Positions 10,762-20,360 of a DNA stretch of 64,000 nt are shown here, one piece after another. Position numbers and translations under genes: made by a program. Each line of letters opens with the position of its first letter. Position 1 is the first letter of the stretch. The notes under the pieces were generated by a model, which was not told the origin of the DNA, did no database searches, and worked only from the letters and a program-made list of their open reading frames with translations. This DNA comes from Alkalispirochaeta sp. (lineage in GTDB: Bacteria; Spirochaetota; Spirochaetia; DSM-27196; Alkalispirochaetaceae): contig CBDESZ010000017.1 in assembly GCA_965242725.1 (NCBI GenBank), positions 32,001-96,000 on the forward strand, read 5' to 3'.

Positions 10762-11745
10762 TCATGTAATACCCTTTTTTTGAAGATACGCACGCCGGGC
10801 ATTTTCACTGTCCAACCATCGAAGGACAGTCTGGTTGAACTCCCGGGCGCTGTAGTAACCCATTTTTTTCAGCCGTTCATTCATCGCTGCAGTTTCAATG
10901 ATAATGGGAATATTGCGTCCCGGTTTTACCGGTATTTCCAGATAGGGTGTGGCAACCCCGAGGATCTCCCACGTCCGTTCTTCCGCGCCGATGCGGTCAT
11001 ATGCCTTCTTGGAGTCCCACGTTTCAAGCTGACAGATAAGCTGAATCTGCTTTTTGTCCCGGATCGAACCGACGCCGAAGAGGTGGGTAATATTGATGAT
11101 ACCCAACCCGCGAATTTCCATGTGGTGGCCCAGTGCGGGATTCACCCCCTGACCGAGGAGAATATTCCCTGCCACCCGGCGGATCTCCACGGCGTCGTCG
11201 GCGACAAGGCGGTGTCCCCGTTCTATAAGCTCCAGCGCCGCCTCGCTTTTCCCCACGCCGCTGGCCCCGAGGATGAGGACACCGATTCCAAAGACCTCGA
11301 TCAGAGTGCCGTGGATCGTCTGCTTCGCGGCAAAGACGTTTCCCAGCGCCCGGATGAGGCGCATGACAAACTCGCTGGTATCGAGCTGGGTCTGCAGTAC
11401 CGGAATGTTGGCCGTATCTGCAAGTGCGGCAAAGTCGTCGGTCGGCTCAAGCCCGTGGGTAAAGACGCAGCAGGGGATCTCCCGCTGAAAAAACTCCTCG
11501 ATCGTCGTCGTCGTCTTCTCGGCGGCCAGTTTTTCGAGATAGGCGTGCTCACCCCGGCCGAAAATCTGTATTCGCTGAAAACCGAAATTGTCAAAAAAGC
11601 CGCTCAACGCCAGCCCGGGCCGATTGAGGTCGGGGATCGAAATGGGACGAAGCAGTCCCTGCCATCCTCCGATGCAATCCAGCCCGAGATCGTTATGCTC
11701 GCGTAATTCCAGATCGATGAGATCCAGAACGGTAAACTGTTCCAT
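10762..11745 (-). CDS. hprK: HPr kinase/phosphorylase
   Basis: NRPGLALSG, GASGVGKSE, HRLVADD, EIRGLGII. Confidence 0.96.
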   Translation of the reverse strand: MEQFTVLDLIDLELREHNDLGLDCIGGWQGLLRPISIPDLNRPGLALSGFFDNFGFQRIQIFGRGEHAYLEKLAAEKTTTTIEEFFQREIPCCVFTHGLEPTDDFAALADTANIPVLQTQLDTSEFVMRLIRALGNVFAAKQTIHGTLIEVFGIGVLILGASGVGKSEAALELIERGHRLVADDAVEIRRVAGNILLGQGVNPALGHHMEIRGLGIINITHLFGVGSIRDKKQIQLICQLETWDSKKAYDRIGAEERTWEILGVATPYLEIPVKPGRNIPIIIETAAMNERLKKMGYYSAREFNQTVLRWLDSENARRAYLQKKGIT

Positions 11746-11747
11746 CG

Positions 11748-12047
11748 TTACGGCTTGTGTTCCTGTACCTTTTCTACTTCTTTTCGCACCTTCTGGTCCA
11801 GTTTATCGATCAGTTCATTGATCGCTTTGTGTAAATCGTAACCGCCCGTCTTGATAACCGCGTTGGTTCCCCATCGAAAGTGCACTTTCGCTTCCACGTC
11901 AAAGCTGTGGCCCTTTTCCCTGGTCAAGGTGAAATCCAGATCAACGATCTTGTCGGTGGCGAAGTCCAGTTTCTGCAATCGTGTTTCAATAAGCTCTTTT
12001 GTCAAATCTTTTGCGTCAAAATGTACCGATTTGATCGTCATGTTCAT
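11748..12047 (-). CDS. hpf: Ribosome hibernation factor (HPF/RaiA, short form)
   Basis: 99 aa between rpoN and hprK; DLHKAINELIDKLDQKVRK C-terminal helix. Confidence 0.85.
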   Translation of the reverse strand: MNMTIKSVHFDAKDLTKELIETRLQKLDFATDKIVDLDFTLTREKGHSFDVEAKVHFRWGTNAVIKTGGYDLHKAINELIDKLDQKVRKEVEKVQEHKP

Positions 12048-12068
12048 GGTTTACCTCCCGTGAAGTCA

Positions 12069-13445
12069 TCAACGCTCGTAGGACGAGCTGATTTTAAGTT
12101 CCTTGCGGTACTTGGCAACGGTTCTTCGCGCGATTTTTATCCCCCGTTGTGCAAGCAGATCGGAGATTCTCTGGTCCGAGAGGTGCTTGCCGGTCGCCTG
12201 CTCCTCCTGCTCCAGGATCTCCCGCACGATCTCTTTTACACCCTCCTTGCTGTATTTGGAGTACCCCGAACCGGTCCCGGCGATTCGATTCGAGAAAAAA
12301 TGTTTGAGCTCAAAGATACCCCATTCGGTTTGAAGATACTTCCCATTGGTCACGCGGGAAATAGTTGCCTCACTGAGATTCAGCTCTCCCGCGATATCCT
12401 TCAATGTGAGAGGTGCAAGATGCTTCTTGCCCTTCAGAAAAAAGTCGCGCTGAAACTCAAGGATCGCCCGTCCCACCCGCAGAATCGTCTCGTTGCGCTG
12501 GGCTATGCTGTTAATGAACCACCGTGCATCCTTGACACCCTTGTTTGCAAATTGCCGCGCCGAATCGTCGTCACTCTCGGCAATCTCCTCAAACATCCTG
12601 TTGACGCCGAGAACGGGAATCTCCTCGTCGTTGAAGACGAGGACAAACTGGCCGTCCCGCCTGCGCAGGACGAGGTCGGGAACGACATACCGCGATTCAT
12701 CGGAAGAAAACATGCGTCCCGGAAAGGGCGTGAGGGAACGGATGATGTCGATCGCCTCTTCCACTTCCTCCACCGAAGCGTGAAGCGTCCTGGCGATCTC
12801 CTTTATTCTGCCCCGCTCCACATCCTCGAGGTGATTCATGATTATCGGAATGACCAAATGCGGCGTATCCACCAGCTGGTCGGCCTGGACGACGAGGGAT
12901 TCATGAAAATCCCGCACGCACGTACCGACGGGTTCAAAGGTACGGATAATGGTCATCATCGGCTCCACCCGACGATGATCACCTTCAGGTACGACCCGAA
13001 AGGGTTCTTCGATATGAAATCCATTCTCGTCGAGATTGTTTATGAGCAATTCACCGACGGCAAAATCGGCATCGTCAAGTGGTTGAAGGCGCAACTGCCA
13101 GAGAAGATGATCGTGGAGCGACTCGGGTCGGGAGAGGGCTCCTTCAAGGAACATGCGTTTTCCGTCTTCATCGCCGTCAAAGCGGCCCGACCCGGTGTAT
13201 CCGGGATCTGAAGAGTTCTCGAAATACTCGTATTCATCACGTCTTGCATTCTGCTCGTCGTTTTCATTGAGTGAGATACTCGGTGCTTCCTCGAGTATTT
13301 CGAGGGCGGGATTTGTCTCCAGTTCCTCCTGGATACGGAATTTGAGGTCTTGTAGTGGAAGCGTCATGATTTGGATGCTCTGCAGTAACTGCGGCGTCAT
13401 CCGCAGTTCCTGGCGTTGCACCAGTGCAGGGCGTTGATACTGCAT
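12069..13445 (-). CDS. rpoN: RNA polymerase sigma-54 factor
   Basis: MTPQLLQSI, ETNPALE, SEATISR HTH, RpoN box ARRTVAKYR. Confidence 0.97.
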   Translation of the reverse strand: MQYQRPALVQRQELRMTPQLLQSIQIMTLPLQDLKFRIQEELETNPALEILEEAPSISLNENDEQNARRDEYEYFENSSDPGYTGSGRFDGDEDGKRMFLEGALSRPESLHDHLLWQLRLQPLDDADFAVGELLINNLDENGFHIEEPFRVVPEGDHRRVEPMMTIIRTFEPVGTCVRDFHESLVVQADQLVDTPHLVIPIIMNHLEDVERGRIKEIARTLHASVEEVEEAIDIIRSLTPFPGRMFSSDESRYVVPDLVLRRRDGQFVLVFNDEEIPVLGVNRMFEEIAESDDDSARQFANKGVKDARWFINSIAQRNETILRVGRAILEFQRDFFLKGKKHLAPLTLKDIAGELNLSEATISRVTNGKYLQTEWGIFELKHFFSNRIAGTGSGYSKYSKEGVKEIVREILEQEEQATGKHLSDQRISDLLAQRGIKIARRTVAKYRKELKISSSYER

Positions 13446-13502
13446 ACTACTCACTATAATGGGAGAGGGGGCCCTCTTTGTCAATTTGACCGGCGGCGAC
13501 TT

Positions 13503-14231
13503 CTACCGGCGATAGTCGTCGCCGAGATAGATCGTCCGGGCCGTCTCGTTTGCCTCAATCTCGTCCCGCGTTCCGGCGACGACGATTTCTCCCCGATGAA
13601 TGAGGTGGGAGTAGTCCGAGATGTCCAGGGTGTCCCGCTCGTTGTGGTCGGTGATGAGCACGCCGATACCCTTTCCGGAAAGGCGCCGTACGATCGTCTT
13701 CAGCTCATACCGCGCGCGGGGATCGATCCCGGCAAAGGGCTCGTCAAGGAGAAGAAAGCGGGGTTCCATCGCGAGGGCACGGGCGATTTCCGTCCGGCGA
13801 CGCTCGCCCCCGGAGAGAGAATACGCCTTCTGCCTGCGAATTGAGGCGATGCCCAGCTCCTCAAGCAACTCCTCCACGCGCCTGCGCCGCGCCGAGCGGG
13901 TCAGCTCCCGCCGCGGCTCCAGCACGGCCATGAGATTCTGCTCGACCGTGAGCTTTCTGAATACCGACGGTTCCTGGGGCAGATACGATATGCCCCGTCT
14001 CGCCCGGATAAACATGGGCAGCCGCCCGATATCGGCGTCGTCCAGAAAGACGGATCCCCCGGTCGGCGAGATGAAGCCCACGATCATGTAAAAGACCGTT
14101 GTCTTACCCGCCCCGTTGGGTCCAAGGAGACTGACGACCTGTCCGCTCTCCATGGAGAAATCGATGCCCCGGACCACCTCTTTCCGGCCGAACCGCTTGA
14201 CGAGATTCTCGACTCTCAGGGTACTACTCAT
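13503..14231 (-). CDS. lptB: LptB-type ABC ATPase
   Basis: GPNGAGKTT, YLPQEPSVF, LSGGERRR, LDEPFAGIDP, ITDHN. Confidence 0.93.
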   Translation of the reverse strand: MSSTLRVENLVKRFGRKEVVRGIDFSMESGQVVSLLGPNGAGKTTVFYMIVGFISPTGGSVFLDDADIGRLPMFIRARRGISYLPQEPSVFRKLTVEQNLMAVLEPRRELTRSARRRRVEELLEELGIASIRRQKAYSLSGGERRRTEIARALAMEPRFLLLDEPFAGIDPRARYELKTIVRRLSGKGIGVLITDHNERDTLDISDYSHLIHRGEIVVAGTRDEIEANETARTIYLGDDYRR

Positions 14232-14871
14232 CTTCCGGGTCCTCCACCTCGATGGCGCCCTGTACGCGACCCTGCATTTCGATTTCCTCGGTATCCAGAT
14301 TCATGACGATTCGCGTCGCCCGATATTCGTCTCCCTTCCAGAAGAGGACGGGAAAACCGGACAGTTCCAGAACATTCTCTTCCCGCCGAAACCTGAGAAA
14401 CTGGGCGCGGGCGGTAAGATCGTCCCGAAGGACCCGAACCGCCGTCTGCACGACGATGAGATCCCCGCCGTTTCTCGTCTCCAGATATTCACCCTTGAGA
14501 ATGAGTTCATTGTCGAGGTCTTCCACGACGATCATGTACTCCGCCCGCAGGTTTTCAGTCGTACGGTCGAAACGAACCGTCTGCGCGGCAATTCGGATGT
14601 TGTGGGCGGAATCGAAGACCGATACGTTCCGGCGCCCCACGGCGTAGCGGAAGTTGGTGCCCCACAGCTCGATCTCCTCCGCGGTGAGCTCAAAATCGTT
14701 GCTCACCACCGTCGCATTTCCCTGAAGCAGCGTCCGCTCCCGACCCTCCGTCAGCGAAACGGACGTCCTCTCCCCGGAAAAGGTGAACGAATCGGCGATG
14801 ACCGTCAGGGGCGTCACGATGAGAAGACCCGCCCACAGGGCGGACCATACCCGGGCGGAGGGTGTCATCAC
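14224..14871 (-). CDS. lptA: LptA/OstA-family beta-jellyroll protein
   Basis: Signal peptide, repeated beta-strand pattern (LQGNA..V), position between lptC and lptB. Confidence 0.75.
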   Translation of the reverse strand: MMTPSARVWSALWAGLLIVTPLTVIADSFTFSGERTSVSLTEGRERTLLQGNATVVSNDFELTAEEIELWGTNFRYAVGRRNVSVFDSAHNIRIAAQTVRFDRTTENLRAEYMIVVEDLDNELILKGEYLETRNGGDLIVVQTAVRVLRDDLTARAQFLRFRREENVLELSGFPVLFWKGDEYRATRIVMNLDTEEIEMQGRVQGAIEVEDPEDE

Positions 14872-15425
14872 TCTTCTTCCTCGCTCACATACGTTCCCTG
14901 TACGCCATTTTCAAATTCAACCACGTTACGCCTGCCGTCCAGGCGTAATCCCGCACCGGAAATGCGGGAACCGTCGCCGCGACCGACGGAAACAACCCCG
15001 CCGTCCCGGGAGGAGAGGATACGCCCGGCGTTGTCCCAATAGAGAAAGTCGCTTTCTAGTACGGCGTCGTCCTCCGTTGAGGTCAGGCGCACCTCGCCGC
15101 GCAGTTCCACATCTTCCGAGTCGAGATGGAGTGTCCCACCCTCTGCGCTCCCGGCGAGGCGGAGATCACCCTGTGGCCCGAACTCCTGAAAGGTCATCTC
15201 CTCAAACTCCTGAACCCCTTCGTCCGGAAAGGTCGCGATCCTCCGTGCGGTGAGCTCCAGCCGGTTTTCCCGTACCACCACCATACGCACATCGATCACT
15301 TCCGTCTGCGGTACTCCCGGCTGTCCCTCCGTCTCCACCGTTGCCTCGTCGTAGTCAAAGGTGCAACCCGCCATCAGCGGCAGGAGCAGGATTGTCAGAA
15401 GCGTCGGAAGGGAGGAGGTCGCCAT
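14868..15425 (-). CDS. lptC: LptC-like lipoprotein
   Basis: Lipobox-like MAGC, LRGEV / LYWDN / GAGL jellyroll motifs, synteny. Confidence 0.75.
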   Translation of the reverse strand: MATSSLPTLLTILLLPLMAGCTFDYDEATVETEGQPGVPQTEVIDVRMVVVRENRLELTARRIATFPDEGVQEFEEMTFQEFGPQGDLRLAGSAEGGTLHLDSEDVELRGEVRLTSTEDDAVLESDFLYWDNAGRILSSRDGGVVSVGRGDGSRISGAGLRLDGRRNVVEFENGVQGTYVSEEEE

Positions 15426-15430
15426 CGCTA

Positions 15431-17071
15431 TCAGCCGTCGTCCCCGGGGGTGTCGCCGTTCCGCTCCGCCGAGCTGCCCCGTGCCGCGGCGATAAACGCC
15501 CTGAAGAGGGGGTGGGCTTCAACGGGTTTCGACATGAACTCCGGATGAAACTGGACGCCCACACCCCAGGGATGAGCGGCCCATTCCAGGGATTCCACCA
15601 ATGAATAGTCTTCGGTGACGCCGCCGGTGGTCAGTCCCGCCTCGTTGAGCTGCTGGCGATAGGAGTTTGAAACTTCGTAGCGGTGACGGTGACGTTCAGT
15701 GATGATTTCCGTACCGTAGACGCGGCGAATCAGCGTATCCGGCAACAGGCGGGAATTGCTCGCCCCCAGACGCATGGTACCGCCGTAGTGTTTCACATCG
15801 ATCTGCTCTTCAAGCAGGCTCACGACGGGATAGGCACATTCCGGATGAAACTCCGTACTGTCCGCGTCCTCATAACCCAGGACATTCCGTGCATACTCTA
15901 TCACCATCACCTGCATTCCCAGACAGATACCGAAATAGGGTATCTTGTGCTCCCGTGCGTAGCGCGCCACGTTGACCATGCCGTCCACTCCCCGGCCGCC
16001 GAAACCGCCGGGAACGAGAATTCCATCGATTCCGCGAAAGACGCGATCCAGATCGATGTCGCCCTTCTCCAGGCCTTCGGAGTCAACCTTGACCAGTTCC
16101 ACTTTGCAGTCATTGGCGATTCCGCCGTGGTAGAGCGCCTCGTCTACCGATTTGTAGGAGTCGCTGAGTTCGATATATTTGCCCACCACCGCGATGCGGA
16201 CGGTACATGAGGAACCGGTGACCACTTCCACGACGTGCTGCCACCCCGACAGGTCCGCCGGCCGCACCTCCATGTCAAGGCGTCGAAGGACGATCTCATC
16301 CAGACCCTGGGTGTGATACATCAGGGGAATTTCATACAGCGACGACCGTACGTCGTATGCCGAAATGACCGCCTCCATATCCACATTGGTGAAGAGAGCT
16401 ATCTTCCGTCGAACGTCGTCGGGGAGGGCGGTAGGCGCCCTGCAGAGGAGCACATCCGGTTGTATACCGATTTCGCGCAGTTCTTTCACAGAATGCTGCG
16501 TCGGTTTTGTCTTGAGCTCTCCATTTGCAACTTCCGGAATCAGCGTCAGGTGAACGGCGAGGACGTTCTGTTTTCCCAGCTCGTGGACCATCTGGCGCAC
16601 CGCTTCAAGAAACGGAAATGACTCGATGTCGCCCACCGTTCCGCCCACTTCCACGATCGTCACATCCACTTCCCCGTCGTCTCCGACGCTCCGTACGCGC
16701 TGCTTGATGCGATCGGTGATGTGAGGAATGACCTGCACGGTCCGTCCCAGATAGCGGCCTTCCCGCTCATGCTGAATGACTTCCTGGTAGATCTGTCCGG
16801 TGGTGATGGAATTTGCCCGGCTCAAAGGTGAGCGTGTAAATCGCGCGTAATTGCCCAGGTCCAGATCGGTTTCGGCGCCGTCGTCGGTAACATACACCTC
16901 TCCGTGTTGATAGGGACTCATCGTCCCGGCGTCAACGTTTATATACGGATCGATCTTGATCATCCTGACGGAAAACCCGCGACTCTCCAGGAGACTTCCC
17001 AGGGACGCCGCGGCGATCCCTTTTCCGAGGCTTGAACATACGCCCCCGGTAACGAAAATATACTTGTTCAT
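15431..17071 (-). CDS. pyrG: CTP synthase
   Basis: GGVCSSLGKG, DPYINVDAGTMSPYQHGEV, KTKPTQHSV, GICLGMQ, QFHPE. Confidence 0.98.
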   Translation of the reverse strand: MNKYIFVTGGVCSSLGKGIAAASLGSLLESRGFSVRMIKIDPYINVDAGTMSPYQHGEVYVTDDGAETDLDLGNYARFTRSPLSRANSITTGQIYQEVIQHEREGRYLGRTVQVIPHITDRIKQRVRSVGDDGEVDVTIVEVGGTVGDIESFPFLEAVRQMVHELGKQNVLAVHLTLIPEVANGELKTKPTQHSVKELREIGIQPDVLLCRAPTALPDDVRRKIALFTNVDMEAVISAYDVRSSLYEIPLMYHTQGLDEIVLRRLDMEVRPADLSGWQHVVEVVTGSSCTVRIAVVGKYIELSDSYKSVDEALYHGGIANDCKVELVKVDSEGLEKGDIDLDRVFRGIDGILVPGGFGGRGVDGMVNVARYAREHKIPYFGICLGMQVMVIEYARNVLGYEDADSTEFHPECAYPVVSLLEEQIDVKHYGGTMRLGASNSRLLPDTLIRRVYGTEIITERHRHRYEVSNSYRQQLNEAGLTTGGVTEDYSLVESLEWAAHPWGVGVQFHPEFMSKPVEAHPLFRAFIAAARGSSAERNGDTPGDDG

Positions 17072-17082
17072 ACCGGGAGTTC

Positions 17083-17111
17083 ATTATCCGCGCCCGCGAC
17101 CCCGCTGTCAA
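17083..17111 (-). promoter_or_regulatory. Sigma70-type promoter of pyrG
   Basis: Minus strand TTGACA-17 bp-GATAAT, ending 11 nt before the pyrG ATG. Confidence 0.75.
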
Positions 17112-17127
17112 CGAAGGTCCAATCGCG

Positions 17128-17156
17128 TTGACACACCATGAGGGACACCGTACTCT
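17128..17156 (+). promoter_or_regulatory. Sigma70-type promoter of cheR (leaderless mRNA)
   Basis: TTGACA-17 bp-TACTCT, then 7 nt to ATG 17164; no SD sequence. Confidence 0.75.
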
Positions 17157-17163
17157 TTCATAC

Positions 17164-17979
17164 ATGTCCGAATTCCTCAGCGATGCTGATTTTGAACGGT
17201 TTCGCACACTCATTTACGACGAAAGTGGCATCCACTTCTCCGAATCAAATCGGACCATTCTGGAAAGTCGACTGAAAGAACGTCTGAGAATCGCCAAGAT
17301 AGACACCGTAGGAGACTACTATCGCTTTGTCCGCTCCGACAGCGAGGAATTGAAGGTCCTTCTCGATGCAGTTACGACCAATTTGACCCGATTTTACCGC
17401 AATACCGCCCATTGGGAGACGTTCGAAAAATTCGTTGTTCCCGATCTGGTGGAACGAAAGAAAAAAAGCGGCAATCGTCGGGTCAAGGTGTGGAGCGCCG
17501 GGTGTTCCACCGGCGAAGAGCCATATACAATCGCCATGGAACTTCTTGAACTGTTACCGAAAGATTTTGAGGCCGAAATCGTTGCATCCGACCTGAGCCT
17601 CAAATCGGTACTGACGGCACAACAGGGCTTCTACACCGAAAACCGTATCGCCGGCATACCGGAATCCCATCTCGCCAAGTATTTCGACAGGAGAGAGGGG
17701 GGCTATCAGGTCAAGGATTTTGTGAAGAAGCTGATAAAGTTTGACTATCACAACCTGAAAAACGACAGCGGCCAGCGCAATCTGGACGTCATTTTCTGTC
17801 GAAATGTGCTCATATACTTTGACGAAGCGGCGCAAAAGGCGGTGATCAATCGCTTCTGGGAGGCCATGGCCCCCCAGTCGTATCTGTTCATCGGCCACAG
17901 TGAATCGCTCTTCGGCATGAATACTTCCTTCAAGTTCATTAAAACCGACTACGCATGCATCTACGGGAAAGAGGTATAG
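17164..17979 (+). CDS. cheR: Chemotaxis methyltransferase
   Basis: TTNLTRFYR, WSAGCSTGEEPYT, IFCRNVLIYF, GHSESL. Confidence 0.96.
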   Translation: MSEFLSDADFERFRTLIYDESGIHFSESNRTILESRLKERLRIAKIDTVGDYYRFVRSDSEELKVLLDAVTTNLTRFYRNTAHWETFEKFVVPDLVERKKKSGNRRVKVWSAGCSTGEEPYTIAMELLELLPKDFEAEIVASDLSLKSVLTAQQGFYTENRIAGIPESHLAKYFDRREGGYQVKDFVKKLIKFDYHNLKNDSGQRNLDVIFCRNVLIYFDEAAQKAVINRFWEAMAPQSYLFIGHSESLFGMNTSFKFIKTDYACIYGKEV

Positions 17980-17984
17980 GCAAC

Positions 17985-19196
17985 ATGGAACTTCGAGTCC
18001 TGGTGGTCGACGATTCGGCCCTCATGCGTAATTTGATCAGTAAAATCGTTGAAAGTGCCCCCGACATGACGGTCGTCGGAACGGCGATGAACGGATCGTT
18101 TGCCCTCGACAAGATACCGCGGTTGAACCCCGATGCAATTGTCCTCGATCTGGAAATGCCGGAAATGAACGGCATCGAATTTCTCAAGGCACGGGCGGAG
18201 AAAAAGATCGACATTCCCGTAATCATCCTCTCCTCGATCGCACAGAAGGGAGCCCGGGTCACCATGGAAGCCCTGGACCTGGGGGCCAGCGACTTTATCA
18301 CCAAACCGTCAGGTTCGGTTTCCCACGATATTCACGTGGTGGGGGATCAGCTCATCGCCATGATACGCGGTTTCGGCGGTACCTACCGGCGACGCAAGGG
18401 AGAGTCCTCGCCGCCGGCGCCGCAGGATTACGCAATCCGGACACCCCGCCATCCGCAGGAGGGCGGAATCAGGACGGAAGACCGGGACGGGGAACGACCG
18501 GATTCGGCGTCGCCGGAGGCCGCTCAGCGCCCGGGGACCGCCACGCAGCAGGATCGTCCGTCGACAACGACGCCGTCGGCACCAAAACGCTCTCCCCGGT
18601 CAAAACCGGGTACGCTGGAACTGATCGTGCTTGGAATCTCCACCGGCGGTCCAAATGCGCTGCGCAAGCTCTTTGGCCAGGTTTCCGGAGATATCGGAGT
18701 ACCTATCGTGGTGGTCCAGCATATGCCTGCGGGATTTACATCGGAGTTTGCCCAGAGTCTCAACCGCGTCTCCCCCCTTGAGGTCAAGGAGGCGGCTGAA
18801 GGGGATCTCCTGAAGCCCGGAAGGGTTCTTATCGCGCCGGGGAATTACCACATCGAGGTGGAGCGGAAGAAACTGGCGGGGATCGTTCATCTGAACCAGC
18901 AACCCGTCTGCAACGGTCACCGCCCCTCGGCGGGAATCCTTTTTCAGTCTGCGGCCCGCGCATACGGGAACAACGTTATGGCCGTCATCATGACCGGTAT
19001 GGGCAGGGACGGCGCCTATGAAATCGGCGATATCTATGAAGCCGGAGGCATGACCATCGGCCAGGACGAGCAATCGAGCGTCGTCTACGGCATGCCGAGG
19101 GTGGCATATGAAAACGGCTATCTGCATCGGCAGGTATCCCTTGACGATATGGCCGGCGTCATGGACGAGATCGCCGCATCACTGAGGAGCTCCTGA
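17985..19196 (+). CDS. cheB: Chemotaxis response regulator methylesterase with long linker
   Basis: REC domain plus GISTGGP, VQHMP, HRPS, MTGMGRDG, VVYGMP. Confidence 0.96.
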   Translation: MELRVLVVDDSALMRNLISKIVESAPDMTVVGTAMNGSFALDKIPRLNPDAIVLDLEMPEMNGIEFLKARAEKKIDIPVIILSSIAQKGARVTMEALDLGASDFITKPSGSVSHDIHVVGDQLIAMIRGFGGTYRRRKGESSPPAPQDYAIRTPRHPQEGGIRTEDRDGERPDSASPEAAQRPGTATQQDRPSTTTPSAPKRSPRSKPGTLELIVLGISTGGPNALRKLFGQVSGDIGVPIVVVQHMPAGFTSEFAQSLNRVSPLEVKEAAEGDLLKPGRVLIAPGNYHIEVERKKLAGIVHLNQQPVCNGHRPSAGILFQSAARAYGNNVMAVIMTGMGRDGAYEIGDIYEAGGMTIGQDEQSSVVYGMPRVAYENGYLHRQVSLDDMAGVMDEIAASLRSS

Positions 19197-19201
19197 CGGC
19201 G

Positions 19202-19945
19202 ATGCAGGGGACGCTCGGACTCGGAACGACCCTTGAGATCCTCGATCTGGGATCACTCCCCTACCGGGATGCCCTGTCCCTCCAGCATCGACTTGTTTCG
19301 CTGCGGCAGCGCGGCGCGATAGGCGACACGCTTCTCCTGCTTGAGCATCCGCCGGTGATTACCCAGGGTAAAAGCGCGGAACCCGGCGATATCGTGGCAC
19401 CGCCGTCGGTGCTGAATGAACACGCCGTCGATCTGGTGACGATAGAACGGGGCGGTGAAACAACATACCACGGTCCCGGTCAGTTGATCGGATACCCGAT
19501 CATCGATTTGCGCAGTCACCTGCGGAGCCTGAAGAAGTATATTTACCTCCTTGAAGAGGTAACGGTTACCTATCTCCGTCGCTATCACGATATTTCAGCC
19601 GATCGCGACGACGCACACCGGGGCGTATGGGTACGTAACGAAAAAATCACCGCCGTGGGTGTTGCCGTGCAGAAACGTGTCACCTTTCACGGTTTCGCCT
19701 TTAACGTGAATACCGACCTTTCCCACTTTGACTGGATCATTCCCTGTGGTATCACCGATCGCGGACAGACATCACTGTCGCGTCTGACGGGAACGAGTAT
19801 TCCCATGGAAGAGGTGAAAGTGCATATCGGCGAAATTTTCTGCGAGCTCTTTGGTTACCGGTACGACGGCATGAAATACGTTGCGCCGGACGCATACGGC
19901 GATCTCCTCGGAGATGCCCTCAAAGATGGAGAGACAGCTCCGTAA
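19202..19945 (+). CDS. lipB: Octanoyltransferase
   Basis: LEHPPVITQG, RGGETTYHGPGQL, HGFAFN, IIPCG. Confidence 0.95.
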   Translation: MQGTLGLGTTLEILDLGSLPYRDALSLQHRLVSLRQRGAIGDTLLLLEHPPVITQGKSAEPGDIVAPPSVLNEHAVDLVTIERGGETTYHGPGQLIGYPIIDLRSHLRSLKKYIYLLEEVTVTYLRRYHDISADRDDAHRGVWVRNEKITAVGVAVQKRVTFHGFAFNVNTDLSHFDWIIPCGITDRGQTSLSRLTGTSIPMEEVKVHIGEIFCELFGYRYDGMKYVAPDAYGDLLGDALKDGETAP

Positions 19946-20360
19946 AGCTCCCCTCCGGCGGGGATGAAAGACGCTGAACGACGAAGGGCCTGTCCTCCCG
20001 CCGGGCACCGCGGATGAGGGCGTACAGTACCGGTGCGGCCGCCGCCGCAGCGGAAATGCCGCCTGCGATCGCCGGCGAAGAGACGATTGCCGTGGCGACA
20101 AGGTATCCCCCTGCGGCGGCGGCGGCGGGGAGGATGAAGAGCTGCCCTATTCCGCGATAGACGGCGTCCCGAGGTGTGCCGAGTCGCACAATCTCCCCCG
20201 GTGTAACTGTCATTTCCGCGGGTATATTCACCCACATTTGCCGGTGTCTGCGAGTACAGTGCCCCGGTTCGTCGCAACGGCCGCATGAGGCGGGATAGAC
20301 GGCGACATGCGCTTCACGATCCTGCAGGTTTACTTCCAGGACACGGGCAAATCCGTTCAC
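19920..20360 (-). CDS. RseC/MucC-family membrane protein (GTG start overlapping the upstream stop)
   Basis: CGRC...C cluster, GEIV, two C-terminal hydrophobic helices beginning LFILP. Confidence 0.65.
   Translation of the reverse strand: MNGFARVLEVNLQDREAHVAVYPASCGRCDEPGHCTRRHRQMWVNIPAEMTVTPGEIVRLGTPRDAVYRGIGQLFILPAAAAAGGYLVATAIVSSPAIAGGISAAAAAAPVLYALIRGARREDRPFVVQRLSSPPEGSFTELSLHL

Noticed and set aside
11880..13211. 443-aa plus-strand ORF, and similar long ORFs at 3858-5039, 10687-11706, 32379-33713, 53003-54235 and 56647-58029
   Set aside because: They are antisense shadows of well-supported genes in GC-rich DNA, with no recognisable motifs.
18380..18610. Possible extra domain or intein in CheB
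   Set aside because: Low-complexity Pro/Thr/Arg-rich linker between REC and esterase, with no intein motifs.
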